From the IMG/VR virus record IMGVR_UViG_3300037484_000374, positions 96,001 to 160,000 of that record: a DNA stretch of 64,000 bases. One strand, 5' to 3'. A program made the translations under genes and the position numbers. The notes beneath the pieces were generated by a model. That model was not told the DNA's origin. It saw nothing but the letters and a program-made list of their open reading frames with translations, and searched no databases. This document shows, piece after piece, positions 10,450-17,803 of this stretch. Each line of letters starts with the position of its first letter. The first letter of the stretch is position 1. This DNA is from a virus.

Positions 10450-10794
10450 GTGAACAAGAAATCGTGTTTTGATTGTAAAAATGCTGTCGTGGTACAAGGA
10501 GATGCATCGGTTGGTATTGGTGGAATATGTATTGATAACTGCCACGCACAATTAACAGAAGACCAGATGGAAGCATGTGAAGACTGTGATTGGATAGAAT
10601 ATAAATGTCCAGCAAAATGTGGTCACTTTGAACATATTATGGTTGAAGTGTGTGCCGAGTGTAAAAAAGAAATGAATACCCCATTACATGAAGTAGAGTA
10701 TTATGGGGTTGAATATGTTGATATTCCGGTATGTTCGGTGGAATGTAAAATCAAGTTTGATGAGACAGTTGGAAAAAAAATTAAAGAATATTAA
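10450..10794 (+). CDS. cysteine-rich hypothetical protein
   Basis: 114-aa ORF behind a TTGACA promoter. Confidence 0.55.
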   Translation: MNKKSCFDCKNAVVVQGDASVGIGGICIDNCHAQLTEDQMEACEDCDWIEYKCPAKCGHFEHIMVEVCAECKKEMNTPLHEVEYYGVEYVDIPVCSVECKIKFDETVGKKIKEY

Positions 10795-10822
10795 AATAAT
10801 TTAGAAAAAATTTGAAAACTTA

Positions 10823-10830
10823 TATAAATA
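10823..10830 (+). promoter_or_regulatory. late promoter of tRNA operon 1 leader
   Basis: TATAAATA in GAAAACTTATATAAATA context shared with 14632. Confidence 0.75.
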
Positions 10831-10847
10831 CAAATAGAGAAACTATT

Positions 10848-10925
10848 ATGAAAAACACAAAAACGACCTCGACATCCAGTAAACCAAGTAACCCCAATCA
10901 TAGTGATTGGCCGGTGTACGTGTAG
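10848..10925 (+). CDS. leader peptide 1, MKNTKTTSTSSKPSNPNHSDWPVYV (putative attenuator peptide)
   Basis: 25-codon ORF between late promoter and terminator; stop codon lies in the antiterminator strand. Confidence 0.75.
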   Translation: MKNTKTTSTSSKPSNPNHSDWPVYV

Positions 10926-10988
10926 AATTCTCTAAAGTAATGTTGTAACCATAAAGGGGAGAATCTACAAAGGTTTTTCCCTTTTTTT
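10921..10988 (+). terminator. attenuator 1: antiterminator 10921-10933/10957-10968 versus terminator 10954-10988
   Basis: AAGGGGAGAATCT-ACAA-AGGTTTTTCCCTT + T run; TGTAGA(A)TTCTC pairs with GAGAATCTACA. Confidence 0.8.
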
Positions 10989-11001
10989 GTGGAAAAAATA
11001 T

Positions 11002-11076
11002 GGGGTGGTGGTTCAGTAGTAGAGCACAAGGTTGAAGTCCTTGGATAGCGGGGCGCGATTCTCCTCACCCCTGACC
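11002..11076 (+). tRNA. tRNA-Phe(GAA), atypical T-loop
   Basis: CAAGG-TTGAAGT-CCTTG anticodon arm, GGGGTGG/TCACCCC acceptor; T-loop CGCGATT. Confidence 0.75.
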
Positions 11077-11091
11077 AAAAATTGAATATAT

Positions 11092-11174
11092 AGATTGTAC
11101 CGCCATGGGGCAAACTGCTTTTGAACGGCATGGGTGGGTGAAACCACGGGGTTCGATTCCTCTACTTTCTGCCA
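11092..11174 (+). tRNA. tRNA-Ser(TGA), apparent 8/4 fold
   Basis: TGCT-TTTGAAC-GGCA arm, long variable arm, GGGG-TTCGATT-CCTC, G73-CCA. Confidence 0.75.
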
Positions 11175-11181
11175 AGAATAT

Positions 11182-11268
11182 AGTAGATTGACCGAGCGGC
11201 AAGGTATCTGGTTGCTAACCAGCAGTAAGGGTGACACCTCACAGGTTCGAATCCTGTATCTACTGCCA
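11182..11268 (+). tRNA. tRNA-Ser(GCT)
   Basis: AGTAGAT/ATCTACT, CTGG-TTGCTAA-CCAG, variable arm, GCCA. Confidence 0.9.
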
Positions 11269-11281
11269 GAAATAAATGTAT

Positions 11282-11355
11282 GGGGGTGTAACTTAGTGGC
11301 AAAGTAACTGGCTTTTAACCAGTAAACGGGGGTTCGATTCTCCTCACCCCCACCA
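11282..11355 (+). tRNA. tRNA-Lys(TTT)
   Basis: ACTGG-CTTTTAA-CCAGT, full cloverleaf, ACCA. Confidence 0.92.
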
Positions 11356-11426
11356 AAAATTGAATAGTAACACTAACTATACACGGTAATATTACCAATG
11401 TTACAATGCAAGGGGGGGGGGGTACC

Positions 11427-11645
11427 ATGAATAAGTTTTTTAGAAAACAGTTGGAAAAGTTGAAATCAGGTCGAGGTAAAAGTCTGACTTATAATAATAA
11501 ACATGGAAAGTTTAGAGTAAAATATTGTGATGGTGTAAAATCCAAACCAATGTTTTATGATATCGCAAAAAGATTCGCTGGCATATTCAATGGGAAAGTA
11601 TTTTACATTGAAGATGAGGATGAATATCAGCGGTATGCGTTATAA
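11427..11645 (+). CDS. hypothetical basic protein
   Basis: ATG after poly-G tract, between tRNAs. Confidence 0.5.
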   Translation: MNKFFRKQLEKLKSGRGKSLTYNNKHGKFRVKYCDGVKSKPMFYDIAKRFAGIFNGKVFYIEDEDEYQRYAL

Positions 11646-11658
11646 TTGAGAATGATAT

Positions 11659-11735
11659 ACTCCTATGGTGTTAATTGGTAAGCATGTGTGGCTGTTAACC
11701 ACAGGGCCAATGTTCGAGTCCTCGTAGGAGTGCCA
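11659..11735 (+). tRNA. tRNA-Asn(GTT), weakened T-stem
   Basis: TGTGG-CTGTTAA-CCACA, ACTCCTA/TAGGAGT, GCCA; two T-stem mismatches. Confidence 0.78.
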
Positions 11736-11743
11736 AAATTAAT

Positions 11744-11817
11744 GTATCTCTGGTGAAATGGTATCATGATTGGCTCCAACCCAATCGTTGTGGGTTCAAG
11801 TCCTACGAGGTACGCCA
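11744..11817 (+). tRNA. tRNA-Trp(CCA)
   Basis: ATTGG-CTCCAAC-CCAAT, GTATCTC/GAGGTAC, GCCA. Confidence 0.9.
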
Positions 11818-11829
11818 TTAAAAATATAC

Positions 11830-11903
11830 GCTAAGAGTGGTTCTGGGAACCGATTTCTCTTGTAAGGAAGTTTTTGGGGGTTCGACTCCTCCTCTTAGCT
11901 CCA
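11830..11903 (+). tRNA. tRNA-Thr(TGT), short D-loop
   Basis: GCTAAGA/TCTTAGC, loop CTTGTAA, D-arm GGTTC-TGG-GAACC, TCCA. Confidence 0.82.
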
Positions 11904-11972
11904 AGTTTACACACAACAAGTATTGTGGTATAATGATAGTAAATATAATAGGAGATGTAATGACAAGATTTT
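11903..11972 (+). repeat. 70-bp promoter-RBS-start module, identical inverted copy at 47968-48037
   Basis: TTTACA-N17-TATAAT, AGGAG, ATGACAAGATTTT; exact reverse complement at 47968-48037. Confidence 0.9.
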
Positions 11973-12421
11973 TCAAAAGCATTAAAAATTTAATCAGGTG
12001 GTTTCCAGTAATATGGAATGACAAAGATTGGGACAACGCTTATATCTATACGATATTACATAAGAAAATATCAAATATGGAAGATTTTTTCAGAACCGAT
12101 GCTATTATCAGTGAAGCAGACAGAGTTGCCGATGAGATCAACACCGTGGTTTTAGCTCTCCAAAGACTTGTCAAAGATGAGTATGAAGAAATAGCCTTTG
12201 AAGACCATGATAAGAAATGGGGTAAAATAGGAATGATAGAAGCACCATGGAAGATGCACAAGTTTAACTTCACCAGAAAAAATGTCACCACAGAAGAGGA
12301 TAAGAAAATAGAAAAGCAGGAAATGCTTGCTTGTTTTGATAGAGTAGAAGCATATAGACAGTGTGATATTGATCTTGTATGTGATACCATGAAAGAAAAA
12401 ATTCAGGAATGGTGGGATTGA
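11960..12421 (+). CDS. hypothetical phage protein
   Basis: MTRFFKSIKNLIRWFPVIWNDKDWD...EWWD; start after AGGAG. Confidence 0.7.
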   Translation: MTRFFKSIKNLIRWFPVIWNDKDWDNAYIYTILHKKISNMEDFFRTDAIISEADRVADEINTVVLALQRLVKDEYEEIAFEDHDKKWGKIGMIEAPWKMHKFNFTRKNVTTEEDKKIEKQEMLACFDRVEAYRQCDIDLVCDTMKEKIQEWWD

Positions 12422-12429
12422 AATAATAA

Positions 12430-12505
12430 CTGGGTGTAGCTGAGTTTGGTTTAGCACGGGCCTTGGGAGTCCGAGACGGAGGTTCAAATCCTCTCATCCA
12501 GACCA
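12430..12505 (+). tRNA. tRNA-Pro(TGG)
   Basis: CTGGGTG/CATCCAG, loop CTTGGGA, ACCA. Confidence 0.9.
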
Positions 12506-12517
12506 TAAATTAAAATT

Positions 12518-12727
12518 ATGAAAAAAGATGAATCATTAATACCAGAAGGTGCTTATTGTTACACAATAATAAAAACACCTTGCAAAGAAACAAATTGGTG
12601 CTTGAGAATAAAACCATGTCCTTATTGGAAATTAATTTATGATTTTCCAGAACAAATGAATGGATATTGTAAGTTCTTAAAAGAAGGTGATTGGACTCCA
12701 AAAGGTCTATCATTGTTATGTGAATAA
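12518..12727 (+). CDS. cysteine-rich hypothetical protein, possibly truncated
   Basis: IPEGAYCY...CPYW...GYC. Confidence 0.5.
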   Translation: MKKDESLIPEGAYCYTIIKTPCKETNWCLRIKPCPYWKLIYDFPEQMNGYCKFLKEGDWTPKGLSLLCE

Positions 12728-12745
12728 CCTTTGCGAGGTACGATA

Positions 12746-12919
12746 ATGAACTCCCTAAAAAAGTTAAAAATGAAAAAGGTCAAGAATGTCCTTTCCTCAA
12801 AAGAGGATGTGAATAAAGTGCGCACCTCGCTGGAGCAAAAAACCTCTCAAGCCTTTGATGCGTTTGCCAAGTCGAAGCAAAAAGACCAGGAAATGGCACA
12901 TTTGAAATATCTTGATTAA
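12746..12919 (+). CDS. small basic protein, GC-richer than flanks
   Basis: GAGG RBS, 57 aa. Confidence 0.5.
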   Translation: MNSLKKLKMKKVKNVLSSKEDVNKVRTSLEQKTSQAFDAFAKSKQKDQEMAHLKYLD

Positions 12920-12996
12920 AACTAACCTATTCTTGCTTATAAGCCCGGACATCTGAAATTAAGATTCTGGCTTTTTTTAATGCCATATTGAATGAT

Positions 12997-13047
12997 TGAG
13001 ACTCTGGCAAGTCACATAAGCGAGTTCGATTCTCGTCAACACCGCCA
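12997..13047 (+). pseudogene. 3' half of a tRNA (5' acceptor strand and D-arm missing)
   Basis: GCGAG-TTCGATT-CTCGT T-arm then CAACACC-G-CCA; no GGTGTTG upstream. Confidence 0.6.
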
Positions 13048-13349
13048 AGTTAAAAAAATATATGAATGATCTTATCAGAATAATACAAGAAAATCTTACA
13101 CATAGTCTACTAAAACCTGAATATAGAAAAATCAACGAAAATAGCCCAACGTATGGTCATTGTTATGCTGCCTCGGAATTTTTATGTAATTTAGAAGGAA
13201 AAGATTAAAGTTTCTTCCCCTATCATGGTAGAGATGAAAATTAGGTTGACATACCATAAACACTATGGTATAGTAGGTTATATAAGAATTTTAAATGGTC
13301 ATAAAGACCAAAAGGGGTCATAAAGACCAAAACTGTAAGGAGAAGATGT

Positions 13350-14204
13350 ATGAAAAATTTGTTAAGTGTATTGGTAGCATTGGTTGCATTTCTTGCTGTC
13401 AGTACAATCCCACAGGTATCTAGGGCATCAGATGACGTTACGATAATGTTTGAGATCGGGATCGGTATTGGTAAATCTGGAAAGGTTGCCAAGAAAGTTG
13501 ACGCTGATCCACGACTCTGTAAGAATCGTGACACTGGTCGGTTGATTTATTTTGGTGTTCGTGCAACATATGATGATGTTGAACTTCACCTTGCGCGTTG
13601 GCAGGGTGACGCTGACTGTTTGACATGTGAGCGTGACGCCTGGGCCTTGGGCCTTGGATATCAAATAACCAGTGATGATCATGGAACAATGGATTATGAC
13701 GATGTGTATACCACATGGACTCATGGACTTGCCTATACATGGGGTGAGGAAAAAAGATACGGGGGTGAGGAAAAAGAAAATACTAACTGGCGTTTACATG
13801 GTAACTTCCAGATTTTTAACCGCCTTGCTGTTGGGGTTCAGACAGAAGATGCAATGCTTGAAGTTGCCTTGAATCGTTATGGTTCATTTGATCCTAACCA
13901 CGGTGAAACATTCTTAACCGCTGGTCTTGGTCTTAACTTTTTGGAAGACACAACACATGTACCAATAGCCACACCTGAAAAAGAAATCGTTTACATCGAA
14001 GGGTCAGCGGGTAAAGACGGAACCGATGGTGAAGATGGTGAAGATGGTGAAGATGGTGAAGATGGTGAAGATGGTGAAGATGGTGAAGATGGTGAAGATG
14101 GTGAAGATGGTGAAGATGGTAACAAGGGTAATAATGGAAACGGTAACGGCTCAGAAGGTGCTTCCCCAGGTCAGGGTAATGGGGCCAACGATGATGAAAA
14201 TTAA
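13350..14204 (+). CDS. exported outer-membrane beta-barrel-like protein (PagL-like pattern) with collagen-like (GED)10 tail
   Basis: signal peptide, alternating beta strands, NFQIFNRLAVGV...PNHGETFL, Gly-X-Y repeat. Confidence 0.55.
   Translation: MKNLLSVLVALVAFLAVSTIPQVSRASDDVTIMFEIGIGIGKSGKVAKKVDADPRLCKNRDTGRLIYFGVRATYDDVELHLARWQGDADCLTCERDAWALGLGYQITSDDHGTMDYDDVYTTWTHGLAYTWGEEKRYGGEEKENTNWRLHGNFQIFNRLAVGVQTEDAMLEVALNRYGSFDPNHGETFLTAGLGLNFLEDTTHVPIATPEKEIVYIEGSAGKDGTDGEDGEDGEDGEDGEDGEDGEDGEDGEDGEDGNKGNNGNGNGSEGASPGQGNGANDDEN
14025..14120 (+). repeat. 9-bp tandem repeat GATGGTGAA x10.7
   Basis: perfect repeat encoding DGE. Confidence 0.95.
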
Positions 14205-14242
14205 TTTATAAAGTAAAATAGATACATAAGAAATCAAAAAAA

Positions 14243-14279
14243 AGGGGGGGGGGGCATAGAAATATGTTCCTCTTTTTTT
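14243..14279 (+). terminator. intrinsic terminator
   Basis: G-run/CATA-GAAA-TATG/TTCCTC + T tract. Confidence 0.75.
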
Positions 14280-14352
14280 GATTTAATCACTTGACTTTTT
14301 CTACAGATGTGATATAATACATTATAAGATAAATTCAGTTGAGGGATACACC

Positions 14353-14592
14353 ATGTTACATAAGAAAACAATGTTATTAAGAACCAAAGATAATACTACC
14401 ACTGTTAGAATAGGACTTTTCGGTAATAACTTCAACCCCGATGCTTGGTATCTCTTGAATAAAAGAAATGAGCCAGATGTGATTGTTAATACATCACCAG
14501 CAGGGGCCAGCAAGATCGTTCTCTCATACAAGACATTGGAAGGAAAGAGAGTCTATGATATCTATAAAGTTACATCAATAATAGATATTTGA
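14353..14592 (+). CDS. hypothetical protein
   Basis: behind TTGACT...TATAAT promoter and GAGG RBS. Confidence 0.55.
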   Translation: MLHKKTMLLRTKDNTTTVRIGLFGNNFNPDAWYLLNKRNEPDVIVNTSPAGASKIVLSYKTLEGKRVYDIYKVTSIIDI

Positions 14593-14631
14593 GAAAAAAT
14601 TAAAATAATTTGAGAAAAAATAGAAAACTTA

Positions 14632-14639
14632 TATAAATA
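14632..14639 (+). promoter_or_regulatory. late promoter of tRNA operon 2 leader
   Basis: TATAAATA followed by AGGAG. Confidence 0.75.
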
Positions 14640-14660
14640 GTAATAGGAGAATTAAATTCA

Positions 14661-14744
14661 ATGACACTCAGACAGACATATACTCTTTTAGAACAACGCA
14701 TACTTGTGATAGGTATTGTTGTGTATTGTGGAGAAATACCGTAA
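14661..14744 (+). CDS. leader peptide 2, MTLRQTYTLLEQRILVIGIVVYCGEIP (putative attenuator peptide)
   Basis: 27-codon ORF with AGGAG RBS; stop codon begins the antiterminator strand. Confidence 0.78.
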   Translation: MTLRQTYTLLEQRILVIGIVVYCGEIP

Positions 14745-14808
14745 GACTGGGGGATAAAATAACGATCACAGAACCCCTTGGTCTTAAAAAAGATTAGGGG
14801 GTTTTTTT
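14742..14808 (+). terminator. attenuator 2: antiterminator 14742-14753/14775-14786 versus terminator 14772-14808
   Basis: AACCCCTTGGTCTT-AAAA-AAGATTAGGGGGTT + T run; TAAGACTGGGGG pairs with CCCTTGGTCTTA. Confidence 0.82.
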
Positions 14809-14814
14809 ATTTGA

Positions 14815-14842
14815 TTGACACAGCTTAAAAATATGGTATAAT
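14815..14842 (+). promoter_or_regulatory. sigma70-type early promoter
   Basis: TTGACA-N16-TATAAT with TGG before -10. Confidence 0.7.
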
Positions 14843-14975
14843 AAAATATAGGTAAAAGATTAAACTTTATTTAACAGGCGAGTAGGATGTCAGTAACAAT
14901 CATAGTAGTAACAGTTGTTGTAGAAATAGCATTAGTATTGTTGTTTAAAGAGAAAAACTAGGTCTTTGTTCTATG

Positions 14976-15034
14976 TTGAGGTGTGTGGCTTGTAATCACA
15001 ATATATTGGGGCAGAGTATCCATCATCTCAACCA
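14976..15034 (+). pseudogene. D-armless tRNA-like element with TGT (Thr) anticodon loop
   Basis: TTGAGGTG/CATCTCAA-CCA, TGTGG-CTTGTAA-TCACA, degenerate T-arm. Confidence 0.5.
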
Positions 15035-15046
15035 AAGAAATAATGA

Positions 15047-15121
15047 AGGGGCATAACACAATGGTAGTGTACATGACTTTGAATCGTGATATGGTGGGTT
15101 CGATTCCCCCTGCCCCCGCCA
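15047..15121 (+). tRNA. tRNA-Gln(TTG)
   Basis: CATGA-CTTTGAA-TCGTG, unpaired 1:72, GCCA. Confidence 0.88.
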
Positions 15122-15160
15122 AAAATAAATGTGTATTTTTATTATAAATACTAATAATAT

Positions 15161-15237
15161 GGGAGAGTGGTGGAACTGGTATACATACTTCGCTTAGACC
15201 GAAGGTTTTAGGGGTTCGACTCCCCTCTCTCATACCA
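15161..15237 (+). tRNA. tRNA-Leu(TAG), short variable loop
   Basis: CTTCG-CTTAGAC-CGAAG, AGGGG-TTCGACT-CCCCT, ACCA. Confidence 0.82.
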
Positions 15238-15452
15238 GATTAATCATCGTGGAGATTAACCATGTGCATATTTAAATGTAGTTGTGGAAGCAGGAAAGTT
15301 AAGATAGAATCTTTTTGTAATTGTCATTATGTAATCTGTATTAATTGTAAAAATACTACAGAGAATTGTACGAGTCCAGAAATGGCAGTATTGAAATGGA
15401 ACCAAAAAATTGATAGTATAAGTCATAGTAAATAACCAAAAGGGAGATAGAT

Positions 15453-15842
15453 ATGAAGAAATTGTTTTTAGTATTGATAATATGTTTGAGTTTGTTGTTA
15501 CCGGTAGTTGCATCAGCAAACATGGAGTGTTTGGGTGAACCGCTCACGGATGGCGAAACCAATATAGTTAATATGGTTCACGAACTTCTTACAGCATACG
15601 GTGCTTATATAATACCACTTGCAAACGCAGTTAAACCGGAAGAGGTTTTGGCAATGACTCGACCCGATCTTCAAAGATTGGCAACCCAATTAACAGAAGA
15701 GGGTCTTTTACAAGTGGTTTCAGGTCAGATTGGTTATTACGAAGAGGGTGATGTTTGGATGTTCGTGATTGTCGAACCAACACTGGATAAGGAAGCGGCA
15801 TGTATTATCAGTGTAATGTTAAGAGAGAAGACAGCAAAATGA
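15453..15842 (+). CDS. exported hypothetical protein
   Basis: signal peptide MKKLFLVLIICLSLLLPVVASA. Confidence 0.65.
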   Translation: MKKLFLVLIICLSLLLPVVASANMECLGEPLTDGETNIVNMVHELLTAYGAYIIPLANAVKPEEVLAMTRPDLQRLATQLTEEGLLQVVSGQIGYYEEGDVWMFVIVEPTLDKEAACIISVMLREKTAK

Positions 15843-16234
15843 AAATTTTATTCAGAATATTGATTGTATTAATGTTTTTGTCAGTACCAATGAGCGCACA
15901 GGCAAAAAAAGAATGTACCAGTTGTGGAACGCTGGGTGTTACCGAGCAGATTACGGTAAATGATATTAACAAACAAGTCACTGAGTATTGTAGTGAAAAT
16001 ATGGGCAAGATGAAAACGTGGCCAGTACATAGGGCCATCAAAAAAGCCGAGAAGGGGATCAATTTGATCGTCACACGGTTTATCGACAAGGGGTACGTTG
16101 ATGGTATCACTGTCGAGTTTAAAGTCGTTAGCGATGAGCTATGGCCCGATAGTAAAAAAGTTTATGTAGAATTAACCATTGTTCCAAATAATAAGAAACC
16201 GTCAAGGTGTGTTATCACGGGAAGGTTACAATGA
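15839..16234 (+). CDS. exported hypothetical protein
   Basis: signal peptide MKILFRILIVLMFLSVPMSAQA; ATGA overlap. Confidence 0.65.
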   Translation: MKILFRILIVLMFLSVPMSAQAKKECTSCGTLGVTEQITVNDINKQVTEYCSENMGKMKTWPVHRAIKKAEKGINLIVTRFIDKGYVDGITVEFKVVSDELWPDSKKVYVELTIVPNNKKPSRCVITGRLQ

Positions 16235-16605
16235 TGAGAATTGTATATATACTCTTAGCACTGATGGTTTTTATGTCACCATCGTTTGAAAAACTTAGCG
16301 CATATTCTGGGATGAGTCAACAAACCAAGAACCAAGGAAGCAATACGAATGTTGTGGAGGTAAAAAAAGAAATTCGAGCATGGTGTGAATATTATTCAGA
16401 AAAAATACCATCAAGGTTAACGTTAATATTATTACAAAGTTCACTGGATGGTTATTGTAACTTTGCAGTTCGTGAGAGGATGGTATATTGGGTTGATAGT
16501 GTGGCATTTATTAAGAATAATGAGATTTGGGTAAAGACCATTATCATCCCTGTAAAGGGTGGAGAAAAAATAGAGTTTACGTTAAGACTCGTAACGAAGT
16601 GTTAA
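16231..16605 (+). CDS. exported hypothetical protein
   Basis: hydrophobic N-terminus; third of three similar-sized exported ORFs. Confidence 0.6.
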   Translation: MMRIVYILLALMVFMSPSFEKLSAYSGMSQQTKNQGSNTNVVEVKKEIRAWCEYYSEKIPSRLTLILLQSSLDGYCNFAVRERMVYWVDSVAFIKNNEIWVKTIIIPVKGGEKIEFTLRLVTKC

Positions 16606-16615
16606 TATAAAATAT

Positions 16616-16705
16616 GGAGAGTGCAAATAAGGCTGGATTGGTCTGGCGGTTGGCTGTAAACCAACCCCTGATAGACATGGGGTTCGAATCCTTCACTCCC
16701 CACCA
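16616..16705 (+). tRNA. tRNA-Tyr(GTA), apparent 8/4 fold
   Basis: GGTTGG-CTGTAAA-CCAACC, GGAGAGTG/CACTCCCC, 4-bp T-stem, ACCA. Confidence 0.78.
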
Positions 16706-17040
16706 AATAGGAACAAGTATGGATATTGAAAAATGTGAATGTGGAAGTAAGAATGTTATACCAGAACTTTTTTGCGGTAGATCATATATCTATTGTAAGG
16801 ATTGTGAAAAAACCACCGGCGAACATATATTACTCGATGAGGCCATAGGTGAATGGAATAAAATGTCCAGAGTGTGGTGATGAAGCAGTACAGGCATTAG
16901 TCAATGGAAGACCGGCCATGGTTTGTGAGAGTTGTATCAATGGAGTTATGACACTTACACAATGCCAATATTGTAATGAATATAGATACAAGAGACAACA
17001 AAAAGTTTGTGGCTGTAGGGAAACGATGAACGAATAATAC

Positions 17041-17421
17041 ATGTACCATCCAGACAATAGGTTTCTGGCAATGAGCTTACGAAACTCGTTTGATAGTCTC
17101 AACTCCTATATGGTACCCCAATTTAAAAAAGGATTCACAATGCCTATAAATTTGGAAATTGAAGATTATGAAAGTGTTTTAATTTTAGCAGATGATGAAA
17201 ATGGGAATTTAGTCTGGGAAGTATTGATGCCCGAAATTGATGAAAATGTAGACAGTGAAGGGGTTTCAATACCAACATTAATGTGCGCCGCTGTTGCAAC
17301 CAGAATGAAAGAAGATAAGGGGTTTGTTGATGATATGATAAACTGGTTTGATTGTTTCGTTTGTACTGAACCACCACCAGTTAAAGGTAGAATGAAAACA
17401 AGTTTGAGGAGAGTAAAATAA
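17041..17421 (+). CDS. hypothetical acidic protein (true start may be 17140)
   Basis: ORF; AAGGA precedes MPINLE. Confidence 0.55.
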   Translation: MYHPDNRFLAMSLRNSFDSLNSYMVPQFKKGFTMPINLEIEDYESVLILADDENGNLVWEVLMPEIDENVDSEGVSIPTLMCAAVATRMKEDKGFVDDMINWFDCFVCTEPPPVKGRMKTSLRRVK

Positions 17422-17427
17422 TTTTAT

Positions 17428-17502
17428 GCTCTGATAGTTTAACGGTAGAACGGACAACTTATAGTTGTTTAATGGCCGGTTCGACTCCACCTCAGAGCAC
17501 CA
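17428..17502 (+). tRNA. tRNA with TAT anticodon, Ile(UAU)
   Basis: GACAA-CTTATAG-TTGTT, GCTCTGA/TCAGAGC, ACCA; imperfect T-stem. Confidence 0.7.
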
Positions 17503-17624
17503 TTAAGGTTTACGGTATGATAAAAATATGTTTGAAATGTGATCAAAAAAAGGATATATCTGAATTTCATAAAAATTGCCATGCTGAATATCATCATTTG
17601 AAAAGATGTAAAAATTGAAAATAA

Positions 17625-17704
17625 GCGGGTATGATAAGCCAAGGGCATTGGTAAACTGGACACCAGCCAGTAAATAAGGGGTTCGACTCCCCCTTCCCGC
17701 TCCA
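17625..17704 (+). tRNA. tRNA-Gly(ACC), atypical anticodon loop
   Basis: GCGGG/CCCGC-T-CCA Gly-type acceptor, ACTGG-ACACCAG-CCAGT. Confidence 0.65.
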
Positions 17705-17716
17705 AAAGTTTTATAT

Positions 17717-17793
17717 AGTTCCGTAGCTTAATTGGCCAAGCATCTCTTTTACACGGAGAAGTCATAAGAGTTCGAGTCTCTTCGGAACCACCA
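17717..17793 (+). tRNA. tRNA-Val(TAC)
   Basis: TCTCT-TTTACAC-GGAGA, ACCA. Confidence 0.88.
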
Positions 17794-17803
17794 ATATTAA
17801 TAT

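Noticed and set aside
11092-11174. tRNA-Sec
   Set aside because: The anticodon is TGA (reads Ser UCA), not TCA; no selC found in the window.
14025-14120. Regular repeat as a CRISPR array, or the (VKM)n ORF at 14026-14211
   Set aside because: A 9-bp tandem unit with no spacers; it encodes the GED tail of 13350-14204 and the other frame is a shadow.
14887-14961. Val/Ile-rich 24-aa ORF MSVTIIVVTVVVEIALVLLFKEKN as a third attenuator leader
   Set aside because: No convincing terminator/antiterminator follows; it reads as a single transmembrane peptide.
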